Part shown: piece by piece, positions 30,203-40,002 of the stretch
Numbering within the stretch: the stretch's first letter is position 1
Layout of the letters: each line of letters opens with the position of its first letter
Assembly: GCA_963826785.1 (NCBI GenBank)
Contig: CAWGYD010000001.1
Span: 128,001 to 192,000, forward strand
DNA from: an uncultured delta proteobacterium
Lineage (GTDB): Bacteria > Desulfobacterota > Desulfobacteria > Desulfobacterales > Desulfosalsimonadaceae
Length of the DNA stretch: 64,000 bases
Direction of reading: 5' to 3'
Position numbers and translations under genes: made by a program
Notes under the pieces: generated by a model
Told to the model about the DNA's origin: nothing
The model's database searches: none
The model's input: the letters and a program-made list of their open reading frames with translations, nothing else

Positions 30203-32146
30203 ATGAATACATACGAGGTTTACTTTATTCCCCATGATAAAAAAATCCGGGTGGATGAAGGGCAATTCCTGATCCGTGCGGCCATGGATGCGGGCGTTCA
30301 CGTGAATGCCTCCTGCGGCGGGGAGGGGGTATGCGGCAAGTGCCGGGTGCTGATCGAAAAGGGCGAAGTCGAAGGCGGCGTCTCTGAAAAACTCAGCCGC
30401 AGGGATATCGAGGAAGGATACCGGCTGGCCTGCCGGTCGAAGGTCAAAAGCGATCTGGTGGTCCGGATACCCGTGGAATCCAGCATTGATGCCGGTGTGC
30501 TGAACCGGATGTCCACCCCCCGACGGATGGCCCGCATCAAGGAAGTCAACCTGGATGACTTAAAGGAACAAGGGCTCTTCATACCGCCGGTGGAGAAAAA
30601 GTATTTGGAACTGCCGGAACCGACCCACCAGGACAATGCCGCCGACGTGACCCGGATCGTCCAGTCCCTGAGAACCCAGCATGGCGAGCACCGGCTGGAG
30701 TTGGACCTGTCGGTGATCCGGAAAATACCGGATGTGCTGCGCCAGTCCGATTTTAAAGTCACCGTCAATATCGCCCGGCCGGTGCGCAACGAAGGCAAAA
30801 ACCGGATCATCAATATCCAGAAGGGAGACGCCACCGGCCGCAATTTCGCCATTGCCGTGGACATCGGCACCACCACGATTTATGCGCAAATCATCGATCT
30901 GATTTCCGGAAATGTCATGTCCCAGTACGGGGATTTCAATTCCCAGATCAGCTATGGAGAAGACGTCATCAGCCGCATCGTGTTTGCGGAAAAACCCGGC
31001 GGCCTGGACAAGCTCAATGAAAAGGTGCTGGAAACCATCAATTCGGTGATCGAAAAAACCATCGCCAAGTCATCGGTGGATCCGGACGAGATTTCCACCA
31101 TCACTCTTGCGGGCAACACCACCATGACCCAGCTGTTTTTGAAGATCAATCCCCGATATATCCGGCGCGCCCCCTATGTGCCGGCGGCTGCTTTCTATCC
31201 GCCGGTCAAGGCATCGGATATCGGACTGAAGCTGCCGGAGCACGTCACCGCCCTGGTCTTTCCCCAGGTGTCGAGCTACGTGGGCGGCGATATCGTGGCC
31301 GGGGTCATGGGCTCGGGAATGGCCCATGACGAGCGGCTCACGCTTTACATGGATATCGGCACCAATGCCGAAATCGTCATCGGAAATCGTGACTGGCTGG
31401 TGTGCGCCGCCTGTTCGGCGGGCCCGGCCTTCGAGGGCGGCGGGATCAAACTGGGAATGAGGGCCGCCAAGGGCGCCATAGAGGACTTTTCCATCGATCC
31501 CGTTACCTTGGAGCCCATGAATATCACCATTGGCAACACGCGCCCCAAGGGGATCTGCGGCACCGGGCTGATCACCATGGTGGCCAGCATGTTCGAGATG
31601 GGGCTCATCGACAACCGGGGCAAATTCAACCGGGACCTGAAAACCCCCCGGCTGCGCGAGGTCGACGGGGTCTATGAGTTCGTGCTGGCCTGGAATGACG
31701 TGACCGGCATCGATCGGGATGTGGTCCTCACTGAAATCGATATGGATAACCTGATCCGCGCGAAGGGGGCCATGTACAGCGGATGCATGACTCTGCTCAA
31801 AGAAGTGGGCCTTGGCATCAAGGACCTCGACCGGATCATCATGGCCGGCGGGTTCGGCTCCTATGTGGATCTGGAAAAATGCATGGCCATCGGGCTGCTC
31901 CCGGAAATCGACCCGGAAAAGGTGACCTTTATCGGAAACGGTTCCCTTCTGGGCGCCCGCATGAGTTCGCTCACCAACCGGATCAGGCGGGATGTGGGCG
32001 ACACCCTGTCCCGGATGACCAATTTCGAATTGTCTGAAACAACCTCCTATATGGACAATTACATCGCCGCACTTTTCCTTCCGCACACCGACCTGGAATT
32101 GTTCCCGAAATTAAAAACCCGCCTGGAGGCGCGGAAAAAAATGTAA
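30203..32146 (+). CDS. acsV: Reductive activator of corrinoid protein (RACo/AcsV; 2Fe-2S + ASKHA domain)
   Basis: CGGEGVCGKC...RLAC ferredoxin; VDIGTTT; VGGDIVAG; DIGTNAE; AGPAFEG; upstream of the acs operon. Confidence 0.9.
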   Translation: MNTYEVYFIPHDKKIRVDEGQFLIRAAMDAGVHVNASCGGEGVCGKCRVLIEKGEVEGGVSEKLSRRDIEEGYRLACRSKVKSDLVVRIPVESSIDAGVLNRMSTPRRMARIKEVNLDDLKEQGLFIPPVEKKYLELPEPTHQDNAADVTRIVQSLRTQHGEHRLELDLSVIRKIPDVLRQSDFKVTVNIARPVRNEGKNRIINIQKGDATGRNFAIAVDIGTTTIYAQIIDLISGNVMSQYGDFNSQISYGEDVISRIVFAEKPGGLDKLNEKVLETINSVIEKTIAKSSVDPDEISTITLAGNTTMTQLFLKINPRYIRRAPYVPAAAFYPPVKASDIGLKLPEHVTALVFPQVSSYVGGDIVAGVMGSGMAHDERLTLYMDIGTNAEIVIGNRDWLVCAACSAGPAFEGGGIKLGMRAAKGAIEDFSIDPVTLEPMNITIGNTRPKGICGTGLITMVASMFEMGLIDNRGKFNRDLKTPRLREVDGVYEFVLAWNDVTGIDRDVVLTEIDMDNLIRAKGAMYSGCMTLLKEVGLGIKDLDRIIMAGGFGSYVDLEKCMAIGLLPEIDPEKVTFIGNGSLLGARMSSLTNRIRRDVGDTLSRMTNFELSETTSYMDNYIAALFLPHTDLELFPKLKTRLEARKKM

Positions 32147-32150
32147 TCCC

Positions 32151-32198
32151 GATGGGGGGATGGCCGGGACGGATATTCCGCCCGCCCATCCCCCCATC
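32151..32198 (+). terminator. Stem-loop after acsV
   Basis: GATGGGGGGATGG ... CCATCCCCCCATC inverted repeat. Confidence 0.65.
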
Positions 32199-32250
32199 GT
32201 GACGCTCCCCGCTTTTTTGACCCTGAGCAACAAAAAAAAATCACATATTA

Positions 32251-32280
32251 TTGACAAACATTATTTTTTCATATTAAATA
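32251..32280 (+). promoter_or_regulatory. Possible sigma70 promoter of acs operon
   Basis: TTGACA at 32251 in an AT-rich tract; -10 box ambiguous (TTAAAT or TAAATA). Confidence 0.4.
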
Positions 32281-32511
32281 ACTATCTTTTGTGGCAGCGT
32301 ATCTAATTTGTTCAAATATTAATAAATATTAATCAGTTCAATAGAAGCGGACCGTCCGTTTTCTGCGGGATGCGGGCCCCGTCCGCCATATATACCCGGC
32401 CTCCGGGACAAAGGAGCCGGACGAAGAAATGAGAAGGGCCGGATGGACCAGGAAGATCCATTCACAAGGTTTTAAGTACATTTAACCCTTTGTTAATAGG
32501 AGGAGGCAACT

Positions 32512-34071
32512 TTGGGCTTCGAAATCGTTAAAGAAAATTATGCAGGCAGCATAAAACCGATTGTGCTGGGCAAGGGCAAGAAGGCGGTGACAGTCGGCGG
32601 GGAAAAATGCTATCCGTTCTATCTGTTTGAAGGCGACATGCCCAATAAACCCAAAATCGCCATGGAAATCTGGGACATGGAGCCGACGGACTGGCCGGAG
32701 ACCGCAAAAGCGCATTTTGCAGATGTGCTCTCCGACCCGGCGGCCTGGGCCAAGAAATGCGTGGAAGAGTTCGGTGCCGACATGATCGTTCTGCAGCTCA
32801 AGAGCACCGATCCCAACGACAAGAACGCGAGCCCCGAGGACGCGGCCAAAACCGTGGGGAAGGTATTGAAATCCATCAGCGTGCCGCTGATCGTCTGGGG
32901 AACGGCCAACAGCGTAAAGGACGAAGCGGTCTTAAAGAAGATTTCCGAGTCTTTTGACGGCGAAAATCTGGTCCTGGGACCGGTGGAAGAAAAGAACCAC
33001 AAGGGGATCGGCGCCAGCGCCATGGGATACGGCCACACCCTGATCTCTTCTTCCCCCATCGACGTCAACCTGGCCAAGCAGGTCAACATTCTGCTGGAAA
33101 ACCTGGGCATGCCCATGGACCGGATGATCATCGATCCCACCACCGGCGGTCTGGGGTATGGGATGGAGTACTCCTACTCGGTTATGGAACGGCTGAAGAT
33201 GGCGGCCATGGCCCAGGGGGATGACAAGCTCCAACTGCCCATCATCAACAACCTGGCCAATGAAGTGTGGCGTTCCAAGGAAGCCAAGGAAACCGTGGAA
33301 GACGCTCCGGAATTGGGTGATCCGGAAAAACGCGCCGCCATGATGGAAGCCGTGGGTGCGATCAGCTACCTGATGGCGGGATCCGATATCCTGATCATGC
33401 GGCATCCCGAGGCGATCCGCCTGGTCCGGTCCTTCATCGATCTGATTTCCGACGGCGGCAGCGCCCAGGATGTCAAACCGATGGTCAAAAAGCTGGCGGA
33501 CGTCAATATCGATTTTGCCAAGATGGCACCGGCTCCCGATCTGAAGATCGAAGAAGAAAAAGCAAAGCCGGCTCCGGTGAAGAAGGAAGCGCCCAAGAAG
33601 GAAGCGCCCGCCGCAGCCAAACCGGCGGCAGCCGCCGCCCCCGCAGCCGCACCCGCGGCCGAAAAGAAGGAAGCGCCCAAAGCCGAAGCCAAACCGGCTG
33701 TAGATGATGCCGCCGCCAGGGCCAAAGCCGAAGAAGAGGCCAAAGCCGCTGCCGCCGCCGATGCCAAGGCTAAAGTGGAAGCCGACGCCAAGGCCAAGGC
33801 CGCCGCCGAGGCAAAGGCAAAAGCGGATGCCGAAGCCAAAGTCAAGGCGGAAGAAGAGGCCAAAAAGAAGGCCGAAGCCGACGCCAAGGCCAAGATTGAG
33901 GCCGAGGAGCAGGCGCTGAGAGATCAGCGGGCCAAAGAGCGTGAAGAACTGAAGGCCAGACGCGGCGAAAAGAAAGAAGCCGCCGTTTCCATGACCGCAG
34001 CCGCGGATCAGAAATCCGAGTTGGACAAGATCATCGACCGGCTGGATCTAATTCACAAGAGAGTCGCATAA
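32512..34071 (+). CDS. acsD: Corrinoid Fe-S protein small (delta) subunit with long Ala/Lys/Glu-rich C-terminal tail
   Basis: TTG start after GGAGGAGG; SSPIDVNLAKQ, IDPTTGGLGYGMEYSYSVMER, MRHP. Confidence 0.92.
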   Translation: MGFEIVKENYAGSIKPIVLGKGKKAVTVGGEKCYPFYLFEGDMPNKPKIAMEIWDMEPTDWPETAKAHFADVLSDPAAWAKKCVEEFGADMIVLQLKSTDPNDKNASPEDAAKTVGKVLKSISVPLIVWGTANSVKDEAVLKKISESFDGENLVLGPVEEKNHKGIGASAMGYGHTLISSSPIDVNLAKQVNILLENLGMPMDRMIIDPTTGGLGYGMEYSYSVMERLKMAAMAQGDDKLQLPIINNLANEVWRSKEAKETVEDAPELGDPEKRAAMMEAVGAISYLMAGSDILIMRHPEAIRLVRSFIDLISDGGSAQDVKPMVKKLADVNIDFAKMAPAPDLKIEEEKAKPAPVKKEAPKKEAPAAAKPAAAAAPAAAPAAEKKEAPKAEAKPAVDDAAARAKAEEEAKAAAAADAKAKVEADAKAKAAAEAKAKADAEAKVKAEEEAKKKAEADAKAKIEAEEQALRDQRAKEREELKARRGEKKEAAVSMTAAADQKSELDKIIDRLDLIHKRVA

Positions 34072-34150
34072 CAGACAATAATCATAAATTAGGGGAAGGG
34101 CGGTGCAAACAGCCTTTTCCCGATTCACAAAATATGAGGAGGAACCTCGA

Positions 34151-36175
34151 ATGGCAGAAGAAAAAGAAAAACCGACCAAGGCCGCCAAAGTGGCGGATCC
34201 GGTTGCCGCAACCATAGATGTCGCCTCACAGCAGCTGATCCGGCGTGCCCAGCAGCTGGGCATCGACACGGTATTCGACCGTGCCGAATCCATGAAGCCC
34301 TGCAACATCGGCACCCAGGGAACCTGCTGCAAGAACTGCGCAATGGGCCCCTGCCGGCTGCCCCTGCCCAAGAGCGGCATCGAAGGCGGAGACGACCGCA
34401 AGGGACTTTGCGGCGCAACCGCCAATACCATTGCGGCCAGAAACTTCATCCGCATGATCGCCGGCGGCGCCGCCGCCCACTCCGACCACGGCCGATGCGT
34501 GGCCGAAGTTTTCATGTCGGTTGCACGGAAGGAAACCCAGGACTACAAGATCAAAGATCCGGTCAAACTGGTTGCAGTGGCTGAAGCCATGGGGGTTGCC
34601 ACAAAAGTCGACGTGGATGGCGAATCCAAAGACCGGGATATGGATGAAATCGCTCTGGAGCTTGCAGAAGTGGCCCTGGCCGAATGGGGCAAGCCCGATG
34701 GCGAACTGGTCGGCCTGAAACGAGCGCCTGCGCCGCTGTATGAAAAATGGAAGAAGGCCGGCGTGCTTCCGAGAAACATCGACCGTGAAATCGTTGAAAT
34801 CATGCACCGGACCCACATGGGCGTGGATCAGGATTACAAGAACCTGATGAAGCAGGGGACCCGGGCGGCGCTGGCCGACGGCTGGGGCGGTTCCATGATC
34901 GCCACCGACCTTCAGGACATCGTGTTCGGCACGCCCTATCCGCTGCAGTCGGAAGCCAACCTGGGCATCATGAAGGAAGACCATGTCAACATCATCGTGC
35001 ACGGCCATGAACCGGTCCTGTCCGAGATGATCGTGGCGGCATGCCAGTCCAAGGAAATGCTCGATTATGCAAAGGAAAAAGGCGCCAAGGGGATCCAGCT
35101 GGGCGGCATCTGCTGCACGGCCAATGAAATTCTGCAGCGTCACGGCATTCCGCCGGCAGGAACCTTCCTGCAGCAGGAACTGGCCATCATCACCGGCGCC
35201 TGCGACGCCATGGTGGTCGACATCCAGTGCGTGTTCCAGAACCTGGCCAACGTGGCCAAGTGTTTCCATACCAAGCTGATCACCACCCATCCCATTGCCC
35301 GGATGGAGCAGGACAATGTGCTGCACATCGAATTTGATGAGCACCACGCCATGGATGATGCCAAGCGCATCGTCAAGATGGCCATCGACAATTTCAAGAA
35401 CCGCGGATCGGAGATCATGATCCCGAAGCAGAAGGCGACCCAGATCGCCGGTTTCGGCGTGGAATCCATCCAGTACCACCTGGGCGGAACCTTCCGCGGC
35501 AACTACTACACCTTGAATGACAACATCATCAACGGCCGCATCCGCGGCATCGCCGGCGTGGTGGGCTGCAACAACGCCCGTACCCGCCACAACGAAGGTC
35601 ATATCGCCATCGTCAAGGAGCTGATCAAGAATGACGTCATCGTCCTGACCACGGGATGCAACGGCATCGCCTGCGCCATGGAAGGGCTGCTGACCCCCGA
35701 GTCCGCCGCCGTCTATTGCGGTCCGGGACTGGCCGAAGTCTGTGAAACCGTCGGTATCCCGCCGGTCCTGCACATGGGCTCCTGCGTGGACAACAGCCGC
35801 ATCCTGCTGGCGGCCACCGAGGTGGTCAAGGCCGGCGGACTGGGCAATGACATCAGCGATCTGCCCGCAGCCGGAAGCGCCCCCGAGTGGATGAGTGAAA
35901 AGGCCATCTCCATCGGCCAGTACTTTGTGGCCTCCGGTGTCTACACCGTGTTCGGCACCACGTTCCCCACCACCGGCGCACCGGTATTCCAGGACCATCT
36001 GTTCAAGGATATGGAAAAGATCTACGGCGGCAAATGGGACTTCGAAGCCGATCCCATCCTGCATGCCCGCAAGATGATCGCCCATATCGACGCCAAGAGA
36101 AAAGCCCTGGGCATCGACAAGGCCAGAGAGCGCGTCCTGATGGATATGGCCGATCGCCAGGCACTGGATGCTTAA
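34151..36175 (+). CDS. cooS: Anaerobic Ni-CO dehydrogenase catalytic subunit (CooS/AcsA)
   Basis: CCKNCAMGPC, GLCGA, HGHEP, GICCTANE, VGCNN, TGCN, HMGSCVDNSR, PEWMSEKA. Confidence 0.96.
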   Translation: MAEEKEKPTKAAKVADPVAATIDVASQQLIRRAQQLGIDTVFDRAESMKPCNIGTQGTCCKNCAMGPCRLPLPKSGIEGGDDRKGLCGATANTIAARNFIRMIAGGAAAHSDHGRCVAEVFMSVARKETQDYKIKDPVKLVAVAEAMGVATKVDVDGESKDRDMDEIALELAEVALAEWGKPDGELVGLKRAPAPLYEKWKKAGVLPRNIDREIVEIMHRTHMGVDQDYKNLMKQGTRAALADGWGGSMIATDLQDIVFGTPYPLQSEANLGIMKEDHVNIIVHGHEPVLSEMIVAACQSKEMLDYAKEKGAKGIQLGGICCTANEILQRHGIPPAGTFLQQELAIITGACDAMVVDIQCVFQNLANVAKCFHTKLITTHPIARMEQDNVLHIEFDEHHAMDDAKRIVKMAIDNFKNRGSEIMIPKQKATQIAGFGVESIQYHLGGTFRGNYYTLNDNIINGRIRGIAGVVGCNNARTRHNEGHIAIVKELIKNDVIVLTTGCNGIACAMEGLLTPESAAVYCGPGLAEVCETVGIPPVLHMGSCVDNSRILLAATEVVKAGGLGNDISDLPAAGSAPEWMSEKAISIGQYFVASGVYTVFGTTFPTTGAPVFQDHLFKDMEKIYGGKWDFEADPILHARKMIAHIDAKRKALGIDKARERVLMDMADRQALDA

Positions 36176-36236
36176 TGCTGCGGATGATCATTGATAAATA
36201 TATTACCGTTATAAATCCTCAACGAAGGAGGAACGC

Positions 36237-38471
36237 ATGTCCAAATTAGTTGCATTTGCCGCGATACAGGGCGGCTACAAAGTCGTCTCAACGGTCGAAG
36301 GCGAGTATCAGAATGCATTGAACAGCTTCAATGCGGATACCAAGGTTGAATTTCCCAACACGGGGTATTACCTGCCGGTGATCTATTCCCTTCTCGGGCT
36401 GAAAGTGGAAACGCTGGAAGATCTCAAAGCGCCCCTGCAGTTCGCCCGGAAGCTGCTTCCCCCCCATATCAAAAGCAAACACCACCTGCCGTACCTGGGA
36501 CCCCTCCTGGACGCCGGCATGGCGGCCATTATCGCCTTTGAGATCCAGGAAGCGCTCCGCATCGTGCGGGAGCCGGATTTCTACTTTGCCGAAGAAGACC
36601 CGGATCTGGAAAACGGCAAGAAATGGGTGGGCCCGGCCAACGACATCATCCTGCGGAAACGCGGCGTGGAATTCGTGGACGGATCGGCCCCCGGTTTTGC
36701 CGCCATCGTCGGCGCCGCGCCGAGCCCGGAAATCGCAAAGATGATCGTGGAAGATTACCAGAAACGGAACCTCTATATCTTCTGCGCGGCCCGTCACCAG
36801 GGGACATCGGTCATCGATCAGCTGATCGAAGCCGGCGTCCAGATCGGCTGGAACACCCGTATCGTGCCCTTCGGTCCGGACATCTCCTCGGCCGTGTTCG
36901 CCCTGGGATTCGCCAACCGCGCCGCCATGGCGTTCGGCGGCGTTCAGCCCGGCGATTACAAGAAAATTCTCAAATACAACAAAGACCGGATCTTCGCCTT
37001 CGTCAACGCACTGGGCGACATCGGCACCGAATGGGGTGTGGCGGCGGCCGGCTGCGTCAACTGGGGTTTCCCGACGCTGGCCGACACCGACATTCCGGAA
37101 ATTCTGCCCACCGGTATCTGCACCTATGAGCACGTGGTGGCCAATGTCCCCCATGATGAAATCGTGCAGAAATCGGTTGAAGTCCGGGGCCTCAAGGTCA
37201 CGGTTTCCCAGATCGAAATCCCCTGCGCGTTCGGTCCGGCCTACGAGGGAGAGCGCGTCCGCGGAAAAGACCTGTTCGCCCAGATGGGCGGCGGCAAGAC
37301 CCAGTGCACCGAGCTGGTGAAAATGGCGGACATGAAGGAGATCGAGGACGGCAAGGTCGAAGTGGTGGGAAAAGATATCCCCGACCTGAAGGAAAACGAG
37401 ACCCTGCCGCTGGGCATTTACGTCCAGATCGCCGGCCGCGAATTCCAGGCCGATTTCGAGCCGATCCTGGAACGCCAGATCCACCATCTGGTCAACTACA
37501 TCCAGGGCGTCATGCACATCGGACAGCGGGACATCTCCTGGGTCCGGGTGAGCAAGGCGGCTGTTGAAAAAGGGTTTACCTTGAAAGATATCGGTGTGGT
37601 GCTTCATGCCAAGATGCACCAGGATTTCGGCAAGGTCCTGGACAAGGTCCAGGTGACCCTGTTTACGGACAAGAAGGCGGTGGATGACCTGACCAAGCGG
37701 GCACGGGCCGAGTACAAAGCACGCGACGAGCGGGTGGAGAACATGCGGGACGAAGATGTGGAAACCTACTACTCCTGCACCCTGTGCCAGAGTTTCGCCC
37801 CCAACCATGTCTGCTCGGTTACCCCCGAGCGGACCGGCCTTTGCGGCGCCTACAACTGGATGGACTGCAAGGCGAGCTTTGAGATCAATCCCACCGGCCC
37901 CAACCAGCCCATTCAGAAGGGCGAATGCTTGAATACCCGGCTGGGCCAGTGGAAGGGCGTCAATGAATTCGTGCAGAAAGCCTCCCGCGGCGCGGTGACC
38001 CACTACAACTTCTACTCCATCGTGCATGATCCCATGACCACCTGCGGCTGCTGCGAGTGCATCGCGGCCATGCTGCCGAGTGTAAACGGCGTCATGAGCG
38101 TCAACCGGGATTACACCGGCGAGACACCGTCCGGGATGAAGTTCACCACGCTTGCCGGCGTCATGGGCGGCGGGGCCACCTCCCCGGGTTTTGTGGGCCA
38201 TTCCAAGTTCAACATCACCCAGCGCAAGTTCCTGCGCGGCGACGGTCCCAAGGATAAGGAAGAAGGCGGACTGCTGCGCATCGTCTGGATGCCCAAGATG
38301 CTCAAAGAAGAGCTGAAGGAGCGGATCGACAAGCGGGGCGCAGAACTCGGATATCCCGATTTCTACAGCATGATCGCCGATGAGACCGTGGGTACCACGG
38401 AAGAGGAGATCATGCCGTTCCTGCAGGAAAAAGGACATCCGGCCCTTGCCATGGATCCGATTGTCGGGTGA
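36237..38471 (+). CDS. acsB: Acetyl-CoA synthase (bacterial-type)
   Basis: YSCTLCQSFAPNHVC, GLCGAYNWMDC, PMTTCGCCEC. Confidence 0.96.
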   Translation: MSKLVAFAAIQGGYKVVSTVEGEYQNALNSFNADTKVEFPNTGYYLPVIYSLLGLKVETLEDLKAPLQFARKLLPPHIKSKHHLPYLGPLLDAGMAAIIAFEIQEALRIVREPDFYFAEEDPDLENGKKWVGPANDIILRKRGVEFVDGSAPGFAAIVGAAPSPEIAKMIVEDYQKRNLYIFCAARHQGTSVIDQLIEAGVQIGWNTRIVPFGPDISSAVFALGFANRAAMAFGGVQPGDYKKILKYNKDRIFAFVNALGDIGTEWGVAAAGCVNWGFPTLADTDIPEILPTGICTYEHVVANVPHDEIVQKSVEVRGLKVTVSQIEIPCAFGPAYEGERVRGKDLFAQMGGGKTQCTELVKMADMKEIEDGKVEVVGKDIPDLKENETLPLGIYVQIAGREFQADFEPILERQIHHLVNYIQGVMHIGQRDISWVRVSKAAVEKGFTLKDIGVVLHAKMHQDFGKVLDKVQVTLFTDKKAVDDLTKRARAEYKARDERVENMRDEDVETYYSCTLCQSFAPNHVCSVTPERTGLCGAYNWMDCKASFEINPTGPNQPIQKGECLNTRLGQWKGVNEFVQKASRGAVTHYNFYSIVHDPMTTCGCCECIAAMLPSVNGVMSVNRDYTGETPSGMKFTTLAGVMGGGATSPGFVGHSKFNITQRKFLRGDGPKDKEEGGLLRIVWMPKMLKEELKERIDKRGAELGYPDFYSMIADETVGTTEEEIMPFLQEKGHPALAMDPIVG

Positions 38472-38489
38472 TCGAATCGGTATTGATTT

Positions 38490-38513
38490 GCGGGACGGCT
38501 CAGGCCGTCCCGC
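38490..38513 (+). other. Intergenic hairpin between acsB and acsC
   Basis: GCGGGACGGC-TCAG-GCCGTCCCGC perfect stem with no adjacent U-tract. Confidence 0.55.
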
Positions 38514-38574
38514 TCATCCATATGATTTTACATTTTTGGTATGGATTTTTTGACGAATTGATAAGGAGACGAAA

Positions 38575-39916
38575 ATGGCATTAACCGGTATTCAGATATT
38601 CAAGCTCCTTCCCCAGACCAACTGCAAAGAATGCGGGGTTCCCACGTGCCTTGCTTTTGCCATGAACCTGGCATCCGGCAAGGCGGAACTCGACAGTTGT
38701 CCCTATGTTTCGGATGAAGCGAGGGAAAAGCTGGCGGAAGCTTCTGCACCGCCCATCCTCCCGGTGGAGATCGGAAAAGGCGTGCGCAAGCGGACCGTCG
38801 GCGGGGAGACGGTACTATACAGACACGAAAAGACGTTCTACAATCCCTGCGCCATCGGGGTGAAGGTCGCATCCGACATTAGCGATGCGGACCTGAAGGC
38901 CAAGCTGACCACCTGGAACGCCTTCCAGTATGAGCGGGTGGGATTCAACCTGCGCCCGGAACTCATCGCGCTGGCCGACGTCAACGGCGATGCCGCGGCC
39001 TTTGCCAAGGCCGCCAAAACCATCGCGGAAACATCCGAGTTCAACCTGGTGCTCATGTCGGACAAAGCTGGACGTCATGAAGGCGGGGGTGGAAGCGAGC
39101 AAGTTCAAGAAGCCCCTGATGTATGCGGCCACCGAAGCCACCGCGGATGAATATGCCGCCATCGCCAAGGAAAACGACCTGCCGCTGGCGGTCAAGGCCG
39201 ATTCCGTTGACGGCATCACCAAGCTGACCGATAAGCTGACCGGCATGGGATTGAAACGGCTGGTGATCGATCCGGGTTCCCGGGAGATCAAGCAGGCTTT
39301 CCAGGATCAGGTAAACATCCGGCGTTCTGCCCTGAAGAAAGGCAACCGTTCCGTTGGCTTTCCCTCCATCACCTTCCCGTGTGAAATGGCCTCCAACCTG
39401 GACATGGAAACCCTGATCGCGTCCATGTTTATCGCCAAGTACGGCGCCATCACCATCCTGTCTGATTTTACCACGGAATCGCTGTTCCCGCTGCTGCTGG
39501 AAAGATTGAACATCTATACCGATCCGCAGCGGCCCATGACCGTAACCGAAGGCATTTACGAAGTCGGCACCCCGGATGAAAATTCACCGGTGCTGGTCAC
39601 CACCAACTTCGCCCTGACCTACTTCATCGTATCCGGTGAAATCGAAGGAAGCAAGGTCCCGGCCTGGCTGCTGGTAAAAGATACGGAAGGCTTGTCGGTT
39701 CTTACCGCGTGGGCCGCCGGAAAGTTCGCCGGCGACGATGTGGGCGCATTCGTCAAAAAATGCGGCATTGCCGACAAGGTGAAAAAGAAAGAATTGATCA
39801 TCCCCGGTTATGCTGCGGCCATCGTGGGTGAAATCGAAGAGGAACTGCCGGACTGGAACATTGTCGTAGGGCCGAGAGAGGCACCGCATATTCCGGCCTT
39901 TTTGAAATCCAGATAA
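38575..39916 (+). CDS. acsC: Corrinoid Fe-S protein large (gamma) subunit (+1 frameshift at ~39065 as read)
   Basis: LPQTNCKECGVPTCLAFA...LVLMSDK in one frame continues as LDVMKAG...IYTDPQRP...TTNFALTY...LSVLTAWAAGKF...GPREA in another. Confidence 0.93.
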
Positions 39917-40002
39917 ACCAACTAACTGCTGGATGAGGCGGGTTTTTGCGATTGGTTCAATCTCATGATCGGCGTCAATCCAGGTGATGGAGGAAAAAGC
40001 CC

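Noticed and set aside
32308..32325. Rex-like operator TTGTTCAAATATTAATAA upstream of the acs operon
   Set aside because: Four mismatches to TTGTGAA-N4-TTCACAA in an AT-rich tract; not distinguishable from chance by eye.
33550..33960. Repeat array or CRISPR-like periodicity
   Set aside because: These are imperfect coding repeats of the Ala/Lys/Glu tail of acsD, with no constant repeat-spacer structure.
34226..38438. Long antisense ORFs (619 aa and 716 aa) opposite cooS and acsB; likewise 51895-53148 opposite tuf
   Set aside because: Shadow ORFs produced by codon bias in GC-rich genes; no recognisable motifs.
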